Assembly (NCBI RefSeq): GCF_009914755.1
Contig: NC_060927.1
Origin: the human T2T-CHM13v2.0 reference genome, Homo sapiens
Length of the DNA: 64,000 bases
Direction: 5' to 3' (one strand)
Part shown: piece after piece, positions 40,464-56,790 of the stretch
Layout: every line of letters begins with the position of its first letter
Numbering within the stretch: the stretch's first letter is position 1
Position numbers and translations under genes: made by a program
Notes under the pieces: model-generated
Seen by the model: only the letters and a program-made list of their open reading frames with translations
Told to the model about the DNA's origin: nothing
Database searches by the model: none

Positions 40464-40859
40464 TTTTTGACACACCAAAACAGAGAAAATATTTGAGAAA
40501 TAGAGTTTATAAGATTTGGTGACTGATTGGATATGAAAGTGAAAAGGGAATTAAAGATTGAACTTCTGAGCCTGGGGGAATTCTGTCTAGCAAAAATAAA
40601 GAAGGCCTTGAAAGAGGGAGAACTAAGTTCAAGGTGTCAGCTCCTGGATACCCAAGTCAATATGGCAGCTGGAAATGTAATTCTGGTGCCTAATAGATCA
40701 TGTAGGAATGAAGATAACAATTAGAGAATGATCCATATGCGTTTACTAGCTAACGGTGGCAAATAGGAGATCCTCAATAAATATTTTGAAACCTTTCTTT
40801 CTTGGTATTTGAGTCTCATGTCACATGTTTGCTTTTCAATAGTTTGCATTACAAAGCCA

Positions 40860-41205
40860 AAGAGTTACTGATAATGTGCTACATCACAGTTGAACCTTAA
40901 AAACATAGCAAGTGAAAGAAACCACTCACAAAAGACCACATATTATATGATTCCATGTATATGGAATGTTCAGAATATGCAAATCTACAGAGAAAGAAAG
41001 CAGATTTTTAGCTTCCTAGGGCTGGAGGGCAGGGGAAACGAAGAGTGAGTGCAAGTGGATATGCGATTTCTTCTTGGTACACATTTTCTAAAATTAGTTG
41101 TGGTTATGGTTTCATGGCTCTGTGGATATACTAAAAACTAATTGTACACTTTAAATGGATGAATTGTATGGTATGTGAATTATGTCTCAAAGCTATTTTT
41201 AAAAA
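40860..41205 (+). mobile_element. L1MB-type 3' end
   Basis: CACAAAAGACCACATATTATATGATTCC...GTATGTGAATTATGTCTCAA. Confidence 0.8.
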
Positions 41206-41340
41206 GATTCTGAAGGATAAAATAATACTAAATATGCTTTTTAAAAGGCAAATGATTTATACCAACTAAAGATAAACTAGACTATATAAATATACCTTTT
41301 AAAATTACATATCCCCCTCGTTGAAAATCATTAGCAATGA

Positions 41341-41672
<332 letters not shown>

Positions 41673-41915
41673 AAATAAGTAACTTTTAAGAACAAGGAGT
41701 AGTGTTAAAGGGGAATGTGGCTTCTGACAAGAAAAAGGAGAACTTTCAGAAAAAAAGAGAGTGATCGGTGTTAGCCCTACTATCTTTTAAAATGTGATGG
41801 AGGACCCAGGGTCTATGGTTCTTTCATTTTCTCATCGTATGTGCTTTTGACCTCAAGTTTGTCTCCTTATGGTCATAAAATGGCTGCCACAGCTCTACGC
41901 ATCACTCTCCTATAA

Positions 41916-43370
41916 TGTGTCCGGAACCGGTGGGTTCTTGATCTCACTGACTTCAAGAATGAAGCCGTGGACCCTCGCAGTGAGTGTTACAGTTCTTAAA
42001 GGTGGCGTGTCCGGAGTTTGTTCCTTCTGATATTCGGATGTGTTCAGAGTTTCTTCCTTCTGGTGGGTTCGTGGTCTGGCTGGCTCAGGAGTGAAGCTGC
42101 AGACCTTCGCAGTGAGTGTTACAGCTCATAAAGGCAGTGTGGACCCAAAGAGTAAGCAGCCGCAAGATTTATTGCAAAGAGCAAAGAAACGAAGCTTCCA
42201 CAGTGTGGGAAGGGACCCCAATGGGTTGCCACTGCTGGCTCACAGCCTGCTTTTATTCTCTCATCTGGCCGCACCCACATCCTGCTGATTGGTCCATTTT
42301 ACAGAGAGCCAGGTGGTCTGTTTTGACAGGGCGCTGATTGGTGCGTTTACAATCCCTGAGCTAGACACAGAGGTTCTCCACCTCCCCACTAGATTAGCTA
42401 GATAGGGAGTGTTGATTGGTGCATTCACAAACCGTGAGCTAGACACGAGGTGCTGATTGGTGTGTTTACAAACCTTGAGCTAGATACAGAGTGCCAATTG
42501 GTGTATTTACAATCCTCAGCTAGACATAAAGGTTCTCCAAGTCCCCACCAGAGTAGCTAGATACAGAGTGTCAATTGGTGCATTCACAAGCCCTGAGCTA
42601 GACACAGGGTGCTGATTGGTGTGTTTACAAACCTTGAGCTAGATACAGAGCACCGATTGGTGTATTTACAATCCTTACCTAGACATAAAGCTTCTCCAAG
42701 TCCCCACCAGACTCAGGAGCCCAGCTGTCTTCACCCAGTGGATCCCGCACTGGGGCCACAGGTGAAGCTGCCTGCCAGTCCTGCGTCCTGCGCCCTGCGC
42801 CCTTCGCCCGCACTCCTCAGCCCTTGGGTGGTCGATGGGACTGGGCGCGTGGAGCACGGGGCGGCGCTCGTCCGGAGGCTTGGGCGGTATAGGAGCCCAC
42901 TGAGCAGGGGAGGCTCAGGCATGGCGGGCTGCAGGTCCTGAGCCCTGCCCCGCGGGAAGGCAGCTAAGGCCCAGCGAGAAATCGAGCGCAGCACCGGTGG
43001 GCCGGCACTGCTGGGGGACCCAGTACACCCTCCGCAGCCGCTGGCCAGGGTGCTAAGCCCCTCATTGCCCGGGGCCGGCGGGACAGACCGGATGCTCCGA
43101 GTGCGGGGCCCGCCAAGCCCACGCCCACCCGGAACTCCAGCTGGCGCGCAAGCGCCACGCGCAGCCCCGGTTCCCGCTCGCGCCTCTCCCTCCACACCTC
43201 CCGGCAAGCTGAGGGAGCCGGCTCCGGCCTTGGCCAGCCCAGGAAGGGGCTCCCACAGTGCAGGGGCGGGCTGAAGGGCTCCTCAAGTGCCACCAAAGTG
43301 GGAGCCCAGGAGAGGAGGCGCTGAGAGCGAGTGAGGGCTGTGAGGACTGCCAGCACGCTGTCACCTCTCA
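41916..43370 (-). mobile_element. LTR12C (ERV9) solo LTR inserted in an old MLT1
   Basis: Minus strand starts TGAGAGGTGACAGCGTGCTGGCAG; tandem CCAAT repeats 42285-42665; TSD ATAA at 41912-41915 and 43371-43374. Confidence 0.95.
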
Positions 43371-44080
43371 ATAAGGCCATATAAAAGGTAAAGAAAAATG
43401 CATTTCTCCTGTGTCTTTGCCAAGAGGAAAACTTTTCCCAGATGTCACTATCAAACTTCTTGTATCTCTTTGGCCAGAACTAGGTCACATGCCTACCCTG
43501 AAACAAGTGGCATAGAGTAATGTAACTTTTATGAGTAGCTTAAACTAATTGTCATTCACTGCTTGAGTTGGGACCACCTTCCATTACTGTCCAACATATG
43601 AATAAAATGGTGGTTCTGTTCCCATGGAAGAAAAGGGATGGCTAATCAACATGTGTGCCACATTTTTCTTTTCTATTCATCATAGATTCCACTACCCATG
43701 AAACTTGCCAGTGCTGTTAACTAACTTGTCGCCTTGTGATTTTGCCATACTCACATGACAAAACCCCAATCTGGGACCAATCAATTTGCCTTCTCCATTC
43801 CTGCATCCAGAGTACTATGAATGTCACACATACACACACAGAGATGCACACAGACACACACACTATAATTGTAGGAACTAATTTCATTAAAAATTTACCT
43901 TAGCTTTAAAAATCCTCTCCTCACACAAGGCCACTACAGTTTTACAGGCCACATACTACGTGAGCTATGCCCAGCAATTGAAAGCATTCACTCTACTCTC
44001 AGAGAGGAGCCTTCCCTTGCTCCACCACAGAAGTGCATCCTGCTTCTCAAGACATGAATTCCTTAGAAGTGTATTAACCT

Positions 44081-44770
<690 letters not shown>

Positions 44771-45269
44771 GTGATAACACTCTTCTTTCTTCATTTCCAG
44801 GCATTTGAGATATTATCCTATTTCAGTTTTTAGTGCACTGTGGGCTGTCTGGGCTGTGGCTATGCATGGCCACTGTGGGAGAGGATAAAGAAAACAAAAC
44901 AGAAGATTCCTGAGCAATGGGGAGAGCCCAGCTGAGACTGGACATCAAACACCTCAAATAGTGCTGTGTGGCTGTACCGTTAGATTTTGTTCAGCATTGC
45001 TTAATAGACTGAGTATGTAAGCACCAAGTATAAATATTTTAATGAAGTTAGGGTTAGAAATGCACAGGATGAGTACAGCAGAAGGTCAGTAGGGCTGAGA
45101 AACTTCTGGCACTCGTGAACATGCCATACAAATGCTTAGCCATGGAATTCAGCTAGTGAGGATGGTTAAAACAATAAAGGAATTGGTGAAAATCTTTATT
45201 AGCGCTGGACCATTGATTTAGCAAGGATAAGAAAACTGGTTGGTAAATGAAAGTTGTTCTTAGATGTTA

Positions 45270-45480
45270 ACAAAGACTCTGGATCCAGACTGCCTAAATT
45301 CTGATTGGCGCTTCATCATTTGTAACCTTGTCAAGTTACTTTATCTCCCTATGGCTTCGCTTTCTTAACTGCAAAATGTGATAAGGATTAAATAAGAATA
45401 TTTAATAATTTAATAAGTTCTTAGGATAGTGCCCAGCATATTGTAGATACTATATAAGTGTCAGCTATTATTATTATTAA
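45270..45480 (+). mobile_element. MIR
   Basis: CTCTGGATCCAGACTGCCT...CAGCTATTATTATT. Confidence 0.75.
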
Positions 45481-46759
45481 TGGACTATGAACTTACTTTA
45501 AAAGGAAATGTGGCTTTTTCAGCAATGCATATATAACAGACACTCAGATTTTCCTATAATAGTATTTAAATTTATTCAGTGATTCTGGATATGAAATACT
45601 TAAACATGGAGGAATTATGAGGATGGATAACTTTATTTAATATTAAGTACTTAATATTAAATACTAAATGAAATATTGAAGTACCTACCGTGCGTATGGC
45701 ATAATGTTAAAGCATTATGATGATATAAAGACCTGTGATATGATCCACTAAGGTCTTCACAATATGAAACATTTTGTAAATAAAATGTCAACAATGACAG
45801 CTCCAAATCCTATACAGTTGTATTAAAATTGTATTTTAAGGTGTAATCATAATTTTTAATCCCATTATTTATCTCTCTCTTGCTCTTTTGTTCCCCTCCC
45901 TTTCCCAAATGTATTAACTTCTTTGAAATTAAATAATTTGAGTATTTATTCCTTCACATTCCTCCACGAAAAGATCTAACACTGGATAAGGCAGTGGTTA
46001 CACAATTCTATAAATTTACCAAAAATCATTCCATTAGACATGTAAAACAGGTGAATTTTATGTATGTAAATTATACCTCATAAAGCTATTTGTAAAATTT
46101 AGCCATGAAACTATCTCAGAATCTCCATTGAAAGGTAGATTTAATGCCTAGTAAGTGTTGGTTCCCCATCTACAAACTAACAGCCACTTATTTTCTTAAT
46201 CCAGCAGAGGTTGTGACCACCTAAACTTCCTCTCTAACCTTCCCCTCTTAGCACCTACCCAGCTTCTCAAGAGAACCCTGGGGAAAGAGACTGTCATTCC
46301 GTCTTGAGACCTATTCATCCTCTAACATCTCTACTTAGATGGCCAACTGACGAGTGTTCAGGGTGATGGGGATTTTTGCCACCCGAAAACCAGAGTAAAG
46401 CAAACAGCCTTTTCCTGAGATGGTACTGAATAGTTTTTAAATGATAATGATTTTCAATTACTTTTGTCCTACATTGAATGAGAACCAGTAACCTCAAGGT
46501 GAAAGCCTCTAACTGTCAGGACAAATCCTCTGAGCATCTAGTCCTTTCCATTAGAATAGAAACAACTTCCCTGAATCTCAAACCTACCTGAAAAAACTGG
46601 CAATTTTTATTTCACTCAAAGTAACAGGCTTCCTTTATGCCTCTATGTTATCTCTAGTAATCATTTTATATCTGAAATTTTAAGTACTCCTTGGTTGTTC
46701 CTTATTTGAAATATTTGCAAACATTTTAGGCATAAAATTATGTAAGAATGGATTTGATA

Positions 46760-47120
46760 ACTGAGCTTATCAAGAAGAAGCTATTTTGGAAGGAGACTAG
46801 AGTGACTCTTTAGAATAAAAGCTAATAATACACAGTGTCTTCTACAATCTGTGCACTGTTCAAATGTGTGTGTGTGTGTTAATATGAAGTTATGTATGTG
46901 TTTGTGTATTTTAATATAAAGTTGTATTTGTGTGTGTATTTTAACATAAAAAGGTGTGTGTGTGTATGTGCATGTGTGTATGTATGTGTAAAATCCTATG
47001 AGAAAGGTACAGAGCCAAAGAAAATTGCGCAAAGTGGTGCACCTAGCAGGAGTCAGGATTTGAACCCAGGTAGATCTTTTGCACAGTGCATGCTCTTAAG
47101 AACTGTTTTATACTGCCTCT
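46760..47120 (-). mobile_element. MIR with internal (TG)-rich expansion
   Basis: GGATTTGAACCCAGG B-box; TG-rich 46865-46990. Confidence 0.6.
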
Positions 47121-47296
47121 CAGAAAGATGAATATGAAAGATAATAGCATGTTTGCTAAGTATTTAAGACAAAAGTCAGACAAGCAAAATTTAAAAGACT
47201 ATGAATCTATTAACTTTACCTGAGTGAAACCCAGGTCCCTGACAAACTCAACCAATCCAGAATAAAGCAAAGATCCAAGAAATGTGGTGGTGACGA

Positions 47297-47339
47297 TGTG
47301 TGTGTGTGTGTGTGTGTGTGTGTTGGGTGGGGGGGGGGG
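47297..47339. repeat. (TG)n followed by a poly-G run
   Basis: About 13 TG units, then G11. Confidence 0.9.
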
Positions 47340-47436
47340 CGGTGAATTATCACATAAAATTTAAGTCATGAAGCCCATGGATTAAATCTTCATTCAATGT
47401 ACTAATCAGAAGACACTTCCAACTATTGTCACTTAT

Positions 47437-47873
47437 TGTGTAGCTGGAATGATGATCCCCTCAAAATATATCCAAGTTCTAATTTCTAGAACCTATGAAT
47501 GTTACCTTGTTGTTTAAGCCTCCATGGAGTCAAATTCTTACCTTATTTGGTATAAAGATGTAATTAAGTTAAAGATCTGGAGATGAGATCATTTTGGATT
47601 ATCTGGGGTGGTCTAAATCCAATGACAACAGAAGAGACATGCAGAGGAGACAGTTACAGAGAAGACTAGGAGACAATCAAAGATTGAAGGGGTGCAGGTA
47701 CAAGTCAAGAAATGCCAACAGGCACCTGAAGCAAGAAGAGGTAAACAACAGGTTCTCCACTAGAGTTTCCAGAGGAAATGTGGCACTGATAGCACTTTGG
47801 TCTCTGACTTTTGGCCTCCGGAAGTATGAAAGAATATGTTTCTGTAGTTTGGCAGCCTCAGCAAACTTAATAC
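47437..47873 (+). mobile_element. MLT1C/D solo LTR
   Basis: GAACCTATGAATGTTACCTT...GTAATTAAGTTAAAGATCT.GAGATGAGATC...TAATACA. Confidence 0.75.
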
Positions 47874-49320
47874 ATGTGTTTAGTCTTTTTGAAATGAGTT
47901 CTCAGTGATTGTAAGACAATCTGTAGAAGTGTACCAGCTCAAAGCAACTCAGTGAATTTAGGAGGGAAAAGCAGAGTTGCCCTATTATAGCTATTAATAT
48001 ATCTAATAAAAGTCACAGCAAGTAATCTTCCTCGTCTCTTGCTTCACCCCAATAGGAGGATTCGATGTAGTGCTCTAATTGGCCTGCTAAAAGGACAAGC
48101 AGCTCTGATAATATTGAGATGAATTATAATTATGATAGATCAAAATGTGTTAGAATACTGCTTCTGTGAAAAATGAATCATAATCATCTCCAGAATCAAC
48201 TTTCGAACATTACATTTCTAAATTCCACATAGCTTATAGTAGTGTTTTGCTCAAGAGAATTCTCTTTAAAACTATATTATCACTGGAGTGGAGAAAAAAA
48301 AGCTGACCAAAGTAAACTTTGGAAAACAGTGTTTTGACTGGATACTGGAAGGCTAAAAGCAAGAAGAAATGTACATAAACACTGTATTCTAATTGGCAAA
48401 TTTAGTTTTCACAGGGGTATGGGCTAGGAATTCAGAAGCTACTCTTCAAGTATACTACAGTTGAACAAGTAAGATGGACATGACAAATAAGCAATAGGAG
48501 AAAAATATTATAAACCCTGTGGTGCTAAATTAGAATCAGATAGCTGTATTAACTCACATACACACAAATAGGTAAATACAGAAATATGTGTGTGCATGTA
48601 GGTGGATGGGTGGGTAGGTGTGGCTGTGTGTACATGGGTTTGTATAGTACGAATATTTCTTAGCTCTGTCTACTGAGACAGTATAGAAGCAGTGACGAAA
48701 CAGTGAAAAGAAGCATACCCAGCGCCCAGCCCTTTACACCATATTCCATTAAAGGAAATGGCTAACTCTAGGGTGAGGTAAGGAAAGTGAGAGATGAGTT
48801 TGGATTTTATAGTGACAGAAAGTAAAACTAAAAAGTGTTTATATATATTTATGTATATCTTCCATTTGGACACATGGGGCATGAACACAAGAGTCAACCC
48901 AAAAGAGTCCCCATGGTCCAAGCAGAAATCATTTGAATAACAAAATAAATAACAGTAGTATTAGATTATAGCCTCGAGAGTAAAGTAAATATCTATGAGT
49001 ATACCCTAATATAAATAATAGATTAAGCACATCAGTAAATTGGGGAGAAAGAAAAACAATTACAGAAAAATTCCAAATTTATATAGAGCCTCCCCGCTCA
49101 GGAGATGGAGCTTAATTCTCCTCCACTTGACTGTGGGCTGGACTTAGTTATATGCTTTCAAATAATAGAATATGGAAATAGGAAAACAGTAAATTTATAG
49201 GGGAGAAACCTGTCAGACTCACCTTAACCAAATGTCAATAGCACCAGTGATAAGACATGATATGACATAACCTTTGATGTGATGAGAAACACATTTCGCC
49301 TCTGAGATATTCTCCCTTGA

Positions 49321-49581
<261 letters not shown>

Positions 49582-49663
49582 GTGTGAGACAATATCAGAC
49601 AAAACCAGACTGAGGGAGATTATGCAAAACACATAACTAGTACTCTTAAAAATAGTCAAGTTC

Positions 49664-50014
<351 letters not shown>

Positions 50015-51744
50015 CTAAGGATGCATGATGAGTAAATGTGAAGCACTGTCCTGAAATGGATCCTGAAAGAGAAGAATGTTAGTGTTGAAATATAAATAAA
50101 GTCCATAGTTTACTTGATAGTATTGTTCCAATGTCAGTTTCTTCATTTTGACAAATGATTAAGGTGCTAGCAGAAAAAAAGTTGTGTGAAGGGCATATGG
50201 GAACTCTGTGCTATCTTGCCAACTTTTCTGTAAATAGAAAATTATTCCAAAATATATTTTAACCTATAATATTAACTATGACAAAATCTTAATATTTATC
50301 GATTTTGGAGAAAATACATGCAGGTTTAGAAAAATATTATTTCATGTATTTTTCTATAATTTTTTCTTAAACAAAAGATATTATAATACTAAGTTCCCCC
50401 CTTTTTCCAATGATAGTTTGTCCTTACATAAACCTTAGTTAATATTTAAATGAAAAATATACAATAATATTTTAATAATGTCATAGTTAATCAAAAATTT
50501 CTCTCTTCTTGCGGAATTAAGTGTAATGGATTTTCTGAGTTTCTATTAACTCTTTTGAGTTTACAAGGCTGCCACTTAGTTATCCGGTGGCATAGTGTTC
50601 TGAGAAATTTAAAGGAACTGCTACAAGTACCTAATTAATCCTTACAAAGTTGAGATAATCTGATTCATTAAAAGAACAATGTGTGCCTCGCACTGAACTA
50701 GAAATTTTTAATTACCATTTTGTACTTTGCCGATAACTTGATCTTCAGTGAAAGAAAGTGACTGTCTCTAGGTGATATACCAAAATGTTTAAGGCGCTGA
50801 GCTGCAGGAAATATAGCAAATCACAGGTAAATGACCTAAATTTTAAGAACTTATTTTTCACATGTTGAAATTGTATTCCTAGGCTATTTGATTCTTAAGA
50901 CACTTCGAATAAGAACTCATTCTACCTATCTTTTTAAACAGTTATTTCATTTTAATAGTTGATACAAAATTTTCATAACATTGAATCACTTAAGTCATTG
51001 AACAATCTGACGTTACTTTCCAGTCTGAATTAATTCTTCCACTGTTTGCTTCCACCTATTTTTATTAAAATGTTTTCTTCTTTTCTAGAAACATTTCCCA
51101 CTTGTTTAAGATTTTTTTTATTATTAGCAGTTGTAATAATGCCTTTTAAACTTGAAAATATTTAGTGTGCTCAAAGAGAATGCAGTGAAAACTAGGATAT
51201 TGGTCTTGATATTGAATATTAAAGGTTTTTTTTCCCCAAAGATTCTGTTCTTACGTAAAACTAACAATCTAGGTATAAATTTACCTATATCAAAACTTCT
51301 TTCAAGAACTTTTTTAGAGATAACTAATTTTGCAGATATTCCTGCATAACCTACATTTAAAAACACCTACCAAATTAACTCTCATTGGTAAGATAATATT
51401 TCAGGAGACGGCTTATCATTTTACCTGAAAGAGTACCTGAAAGAATTACACTGTACTTTTGAGAGAAAAAAATGTTTGACAGAGGAAGGTTGAAACTTTT
51501 CTTCAGTAGGATGAAGTCAGAAAATTCAGTAAGATCTAAGAATAGCTCTCATATAAAAGGATCACAGAGGCTGGATTTGAGGTACACATTTCTGTGAAGT
51601 TCTCACTACTTATTAAATGGCAGATACTCTTACAGTATCTGTTTGTTTGTTCTTTCTTTAGTGAACAGTTAGGATTAAATTTCTTGCTTATTAAAACTGA
51701 TACTTCACCAGAGTATGGGATTGTAATTAAATTAAAATATATAT

Positions 51745-51750
<6 letters not shown>

Positions 51751-51793
<43 letters not shown>
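51751..51793. repeat. (TA)n microsatellite
   Basis: About 21 perfect TA units. Confidence 0.95.
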
Positions 51794-51796
<3 letters not shown>

Positions 51797-51916
51797 TGTG
51801 TATGTAGAAGAAACTTTGATTCAGTATTTTACCATAAGCTGGATTTTCTACCCAAGACCTATATATAGAGTGTCTTGACCTGCCTATAGCTCATTTCCAT
51901 TATTAAGATCAGCTGA

Positions 51917-52990
51917 GACTTCAGCTTTCAGCCAAGATGGAGTAATAAGGACAGGATTTATCCTACTGCGTAAAAAACAACAACAAAAATATCAAATCAA
52001 GGTATCAGACAACCAAAGACTGTGATTTCCGGGGGTGGAACACAAATGAGGTGAGTTGTGTAAATGTCTTAGCTTACTACAGTGAGAGAATTTCAAGCTA
52101 CCGTTCAGGGAAGAGGAACATAGGGAGAGCCTGGCCTAAGGAGATGGAAGCTAAGAGTTCAGAGAGAACAAGCTAACTAGAGTTCATAGGACAGACTATC
52201 AGAAACGAGAAAACTTCACAGAGAAATAACCTTAGAGTCATGCAGAAAGTACCCACTAAGTATTCATCATAGTACAGATCACTGTATTCATTTGAGGAAA
52301 CTGCCAGAAGCTGTGAAAGAACCATCCAAAAGAATTAAAGAGAACAGTGCTTAACATTCACACAAGGCCAGACAAAGTACCTCTTCCCTACAGCCAGACT
52401 GGAGGATTGGATAGAGTACTCAAAAAGGTCTTGTCTCAGTAGTTGAAAGTAATTTGCTCCAGACTGGGTAATATTCTGAACCCACCAAACAAATCTTAAA
52501 GAAAGTCCCTAAAGGACCTGATTCCATGTAACTTAACTGCATATAAGTTACAAAGTTTAAGAATATTTGTTGAAATATAAAATATCTACTCAACAAATAA
52601 AATCCACAAGGCATGGCATTTAATCAAAGATTTACAGACCTACAATTAAACAGGAAGATATAACTCACATTGAGGAGAGTCAATTAAAAATGACAGAGGT
52701 GTAAGAATTAGCAGATCCAAAGACGTAATTATTATACCTGGTTTCCATATGTTTAAAAAGTTAAGTAGAAATATTGAAGACAGGAAAAAAATCAAACTTT
52801 TAGAGATGAATGCTATAATATCTGAAATAAAAATTCAGCGTAGTGAAGAAATAGCAGTAGATAATTATGAGATATTATCAATGTCTCATAAGTTTTATTG
52901 ATGATGTTTGTCAGATTGGATGAAACAGGAAGACCCAGCTCAATGCTACTTAAAATGAATTTACTTTAAATATAAAGATACAAAAATGAT
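51917..52990 (+). mobile_element. Ancient L1M 5' end (5' UTR/ORF1 region)
   Basis: GACTTCAGCTTTCAGCCAAGATGGAGTAA..GGACAGGATTTA start motif of L1M/L1ME 5' ends. Confidence 0.65.
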
Positions 52991-53039
52991 GCTACTAACA
53001 CTATTCAAAAGGAAGATAGTTTTTAAGAGCATGGGTTCT

Positions 53040-53347
53040 GGCCAGGGGCAGTGGCTCACGCCTGTTATCCCAGCACTTTGGGAGGCCGAGGCAGGTGGAT
53101 CACGAGGTCAGGAGTTTGAGACCAGCCTGGCCAACATAGTGAAACCCAGTCTCTACTAAAAATACAAAAATTAGCTGGGTGCGGTAGCACATGCCTGTAG
53201 TCCCTGCTACTCAAGAGGCTGAAGCAGGAGAATTGCTTGAACCCGGGAGGCAAAGTTTGCAGAAAACTGAGATAGCGCCACTGCACTCCAGCCTGGGTGA
53301 CAGAGCAAGACTCCATCTCAAAAAAAAAAAAAAAAAAAAAAAGAAAA
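53040..53347 (+). mobile_element. AluS inserted in a MIR (~53018-53550)
   Basis: Full-length Alu; TSD ATGGGTTCT; MIR sequence on both sides. Confidence 0.92.
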
Positions 53348-55160
53348 GAATGGGTTCTGAAATCAGATTGTCCCGGTTTGAATACTGGTTTCATCTTTTA
53401 AAACCCTGGCAACTGTGGGCAAATTTTTAAATCTTTCTGTCCTAATCAAATGGGGATGGTATAATAACAACTGCATCATGAGTTCTTGTAAAGACAAATT
53501 AAAAGGTTATCATGTTGTAAGAGTTGAATAAATATTAGCTATTATTAAAATCCGTACATCTGCTTGAGAAATTTGGCCCTGAAAGGCAGGAGAAAAATAG
53601 ATATATTTCTCCTTTTTTCTGGGTCACACAGTTACGGAGAAATTAAAGGACTTATGATGTTATAGTAACAGATATCACACCCTAATTAGAATTTTTTAGA
53701 ATTGAGATTAGTACTTCACCAGACTCCTTCCTTTCTGTCCCTGACTTCTGAATCAGGAGGAGAAATTTGTCTGTAGCCCAGGTGCCTCACCAAGTTGCTA
53801 TCCCTGCTGTTCCCAACCCTACACATGGGTGCCCATGATTCTCATAATTGCTGACCACCAAGATAAGGGCATGCAGAATGAAAGGTATGAGAAGGCTGTA
53901 CTAGTAAGAGCTTAATTTTGAATATAAATATTCCTATTTATATATCATTTTCAATAAGAATCAAGAATATATTCTTTGTTACTATATGTATTAAAATATA
54001 TTCATAAGAGAAATATATTTACAAAAGAATACATTTATTCTTTTGATTATACCATTTTTGGCCCCTCAATCTTTCTTTGTATTTCAGTCTCCCACTGCAG
54101 CAATAGAGATAAGAACAGAGATAAAAAATAAACATCCTTGAAAATACTTTGTGTAATTAAAGTAACATCTGGCGAACTAAAACGAGAGTTAAACAAGCAC
54201 ATTTGGTAAGTTAATCAGTGAATTGGATTCTGGCCAATTGTGACCTCTGACCTTGGGTTTGTTGAGATTCCTTTGCATACTGTTGAGAAATTTCTTCTTT
54301 TTACCTAGACTAGTTTGAAGTGATCCTTTACTACTTGCTTTCAAAAAAAGCTAGACTGACACACACTCTCCTCCATCTGGCTCCTTTCCATATGCGTGTA
54401 AACATGTTTCACATCTTCCCTTTCACTGTAAAGCTTCTTAAATGAATTTATAGTCTATAGTTTCATTCCAACTCATTCTCAGTGGTTTTTGCCTAAAATC
54501 ACTGCCAAAACTGGCAAGTGAGTTCCCCATGAAACCCCCATGAGGTCCACGACAATAGCTGTAGTAATACAATCCCAGTTTTCATCTAGCTTAAATTTTT
54601 TTTCAGCAGTATATGACAACACTGACCCTCACCCCAAAAACTCTGCCCTTAGTTTCTTTAATAAAAAGTTTTCTGGATTTTCCTTTTCCTGATTTGACTG
54701 TACCTTCTTGTTCATCTCTTCTGTCACCTCTTTCTTTCCTAACTTATCCTTAAATGTCAGAGATCTGGAATTTCTTCCCTTTTTTCTTTGTTTTTCCTGC
54801 TTTTAATTTTTTTTCAGATGGTATACCACTGTATTAGTCTGTTCTCACACTGCTACAAAGAACTGCCTGAAACTGGGTAATTTATAAAGGAAAGAGGTTT
54901 AATTGACTTACAGTTCAGCATGGCTGGAGAGGCCTTAGGAAAGTTACAATCATGGCAGAAGGGGAAGCAAACACATCCTTCTTCACATGGTGGCAAGAAG
55001 GAGAAGGGCCAAGCAAAGAGGGAAATGCCCCTCATAAAGCCATCAGATCTCGTGAGAACTCACTCACTATCATGAAATCAGCGTGAGGTAACTGCACCCA
55101 TTATTAAATTACCTCCCACCGAGTCCCTCCCACAACACATGGGGATTATGGGAACTATAA

Positions 55161-55622
<462 letters not shown>

Positions 55623-56790
55623 TAACCAAAAAGTCCAAGTCCAAAGTCTCATCTAAGAGAAGGCAAGTCCCTTCCACTTATGAGTCTGTAAAATCAAAAG
55701 CAAGTTAGTTACTTCCTAGATACAATGGGGGTACAGGCATTGGGTAAATACCCCCATTCCAAGTGGGAGAAATTGGCCAAAGCAAAGGGGCTACAGACCC
55801 CATGAAAGTCCAAAATCCAATAGGGCAGCCATTAAACTTTAAAGTACCAAAATGATCTCCTTTGACTCCATGTCTCACAGCCAGGTCATGGTGATGCAAG
55901 AGGTGGGCTTTCATGGCTTTGGGAAGCTCTACCACTGTGGCTTTGCAGGGTACAGCCTCCCTCCTGGGCTGCTTTCATGGGCTGGCATTGAGTGTCTGTG
56001 GCTTTTCCAGGCACACAGTGCAAGCTGTCATTGTATCTACCATTCTGGGGTCTGGAGGACGGTGCCCTCTTCTCACAGCTCCACTAGACAGTGCCCCAGT
56101 GGGGACTCTGTGTGGGGACTCCAACTCCACATTTCCCTTCTGCACTGCCCTAGCAAAGGTTCTCCATGAGGGCTCTGCCCCTGCAGCACACCTCTGCCTG
56201 GACATCCAGGCATTTCCATACATCCTCTGAAATGTAGGTGGAGGTTCCCAAACCTCAATTCTTGTCTTCTGCATAGCTGTAGGACACATGTAGTCATGTG
56301 GAAGCTGCCAAGGCTGGGGGCTCATATCCTCTGAAGCAATGGCCTGAGCTGTACTTTGGCCCCTTTTAGCCATTGCTAGAGTGGCTGGGATGCAGAGCAT
56401 CAAATCCAAGGCTGCGCACAGCATGGGGGTCCTGGACACAGCCTGTGGAAACAGTTTTTCCTCCTAGATATCTGGGCCTGTGGTAGGAGGGGTTGCCTGG
56501 AAGGTTGGAGACATTTTTCCCATTGTCTTGGCAATTAACATTTGGTTCCTCATTACTTATGCAAATTTCTGCAGCCAGCTTGAATTTCTCCTCAGAAAAC
56601 GGGTTTTTCCTTTCCATTGCATCTTCAGGCTGCAAATTTTTCAAACTTTTATGCTCTGCTTCCTCTTGAATACTTTGCTACTTAGAAATTTCTTCCACTA
56701 GATATCCTAAATCATCTCTCTCAAGTTCAAAGCTCCACAGATCTCTGGGGCAGGGGCAAAATACTGTCAGTCTTTTGTTAAAGCAGAGTA

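Noticed and set aside
42330-42700. Regularly spaced ~41-bp repeats resembling a CRISPR-like array
   Set aside because: Known LTR12 U3 CCAAT tandem repeats with no unique spacers; the DNA is human
42040-43380. Several 60-158 aa ORFs and a second CpG-rich island
   Set aside because: All lie inside LTR12C
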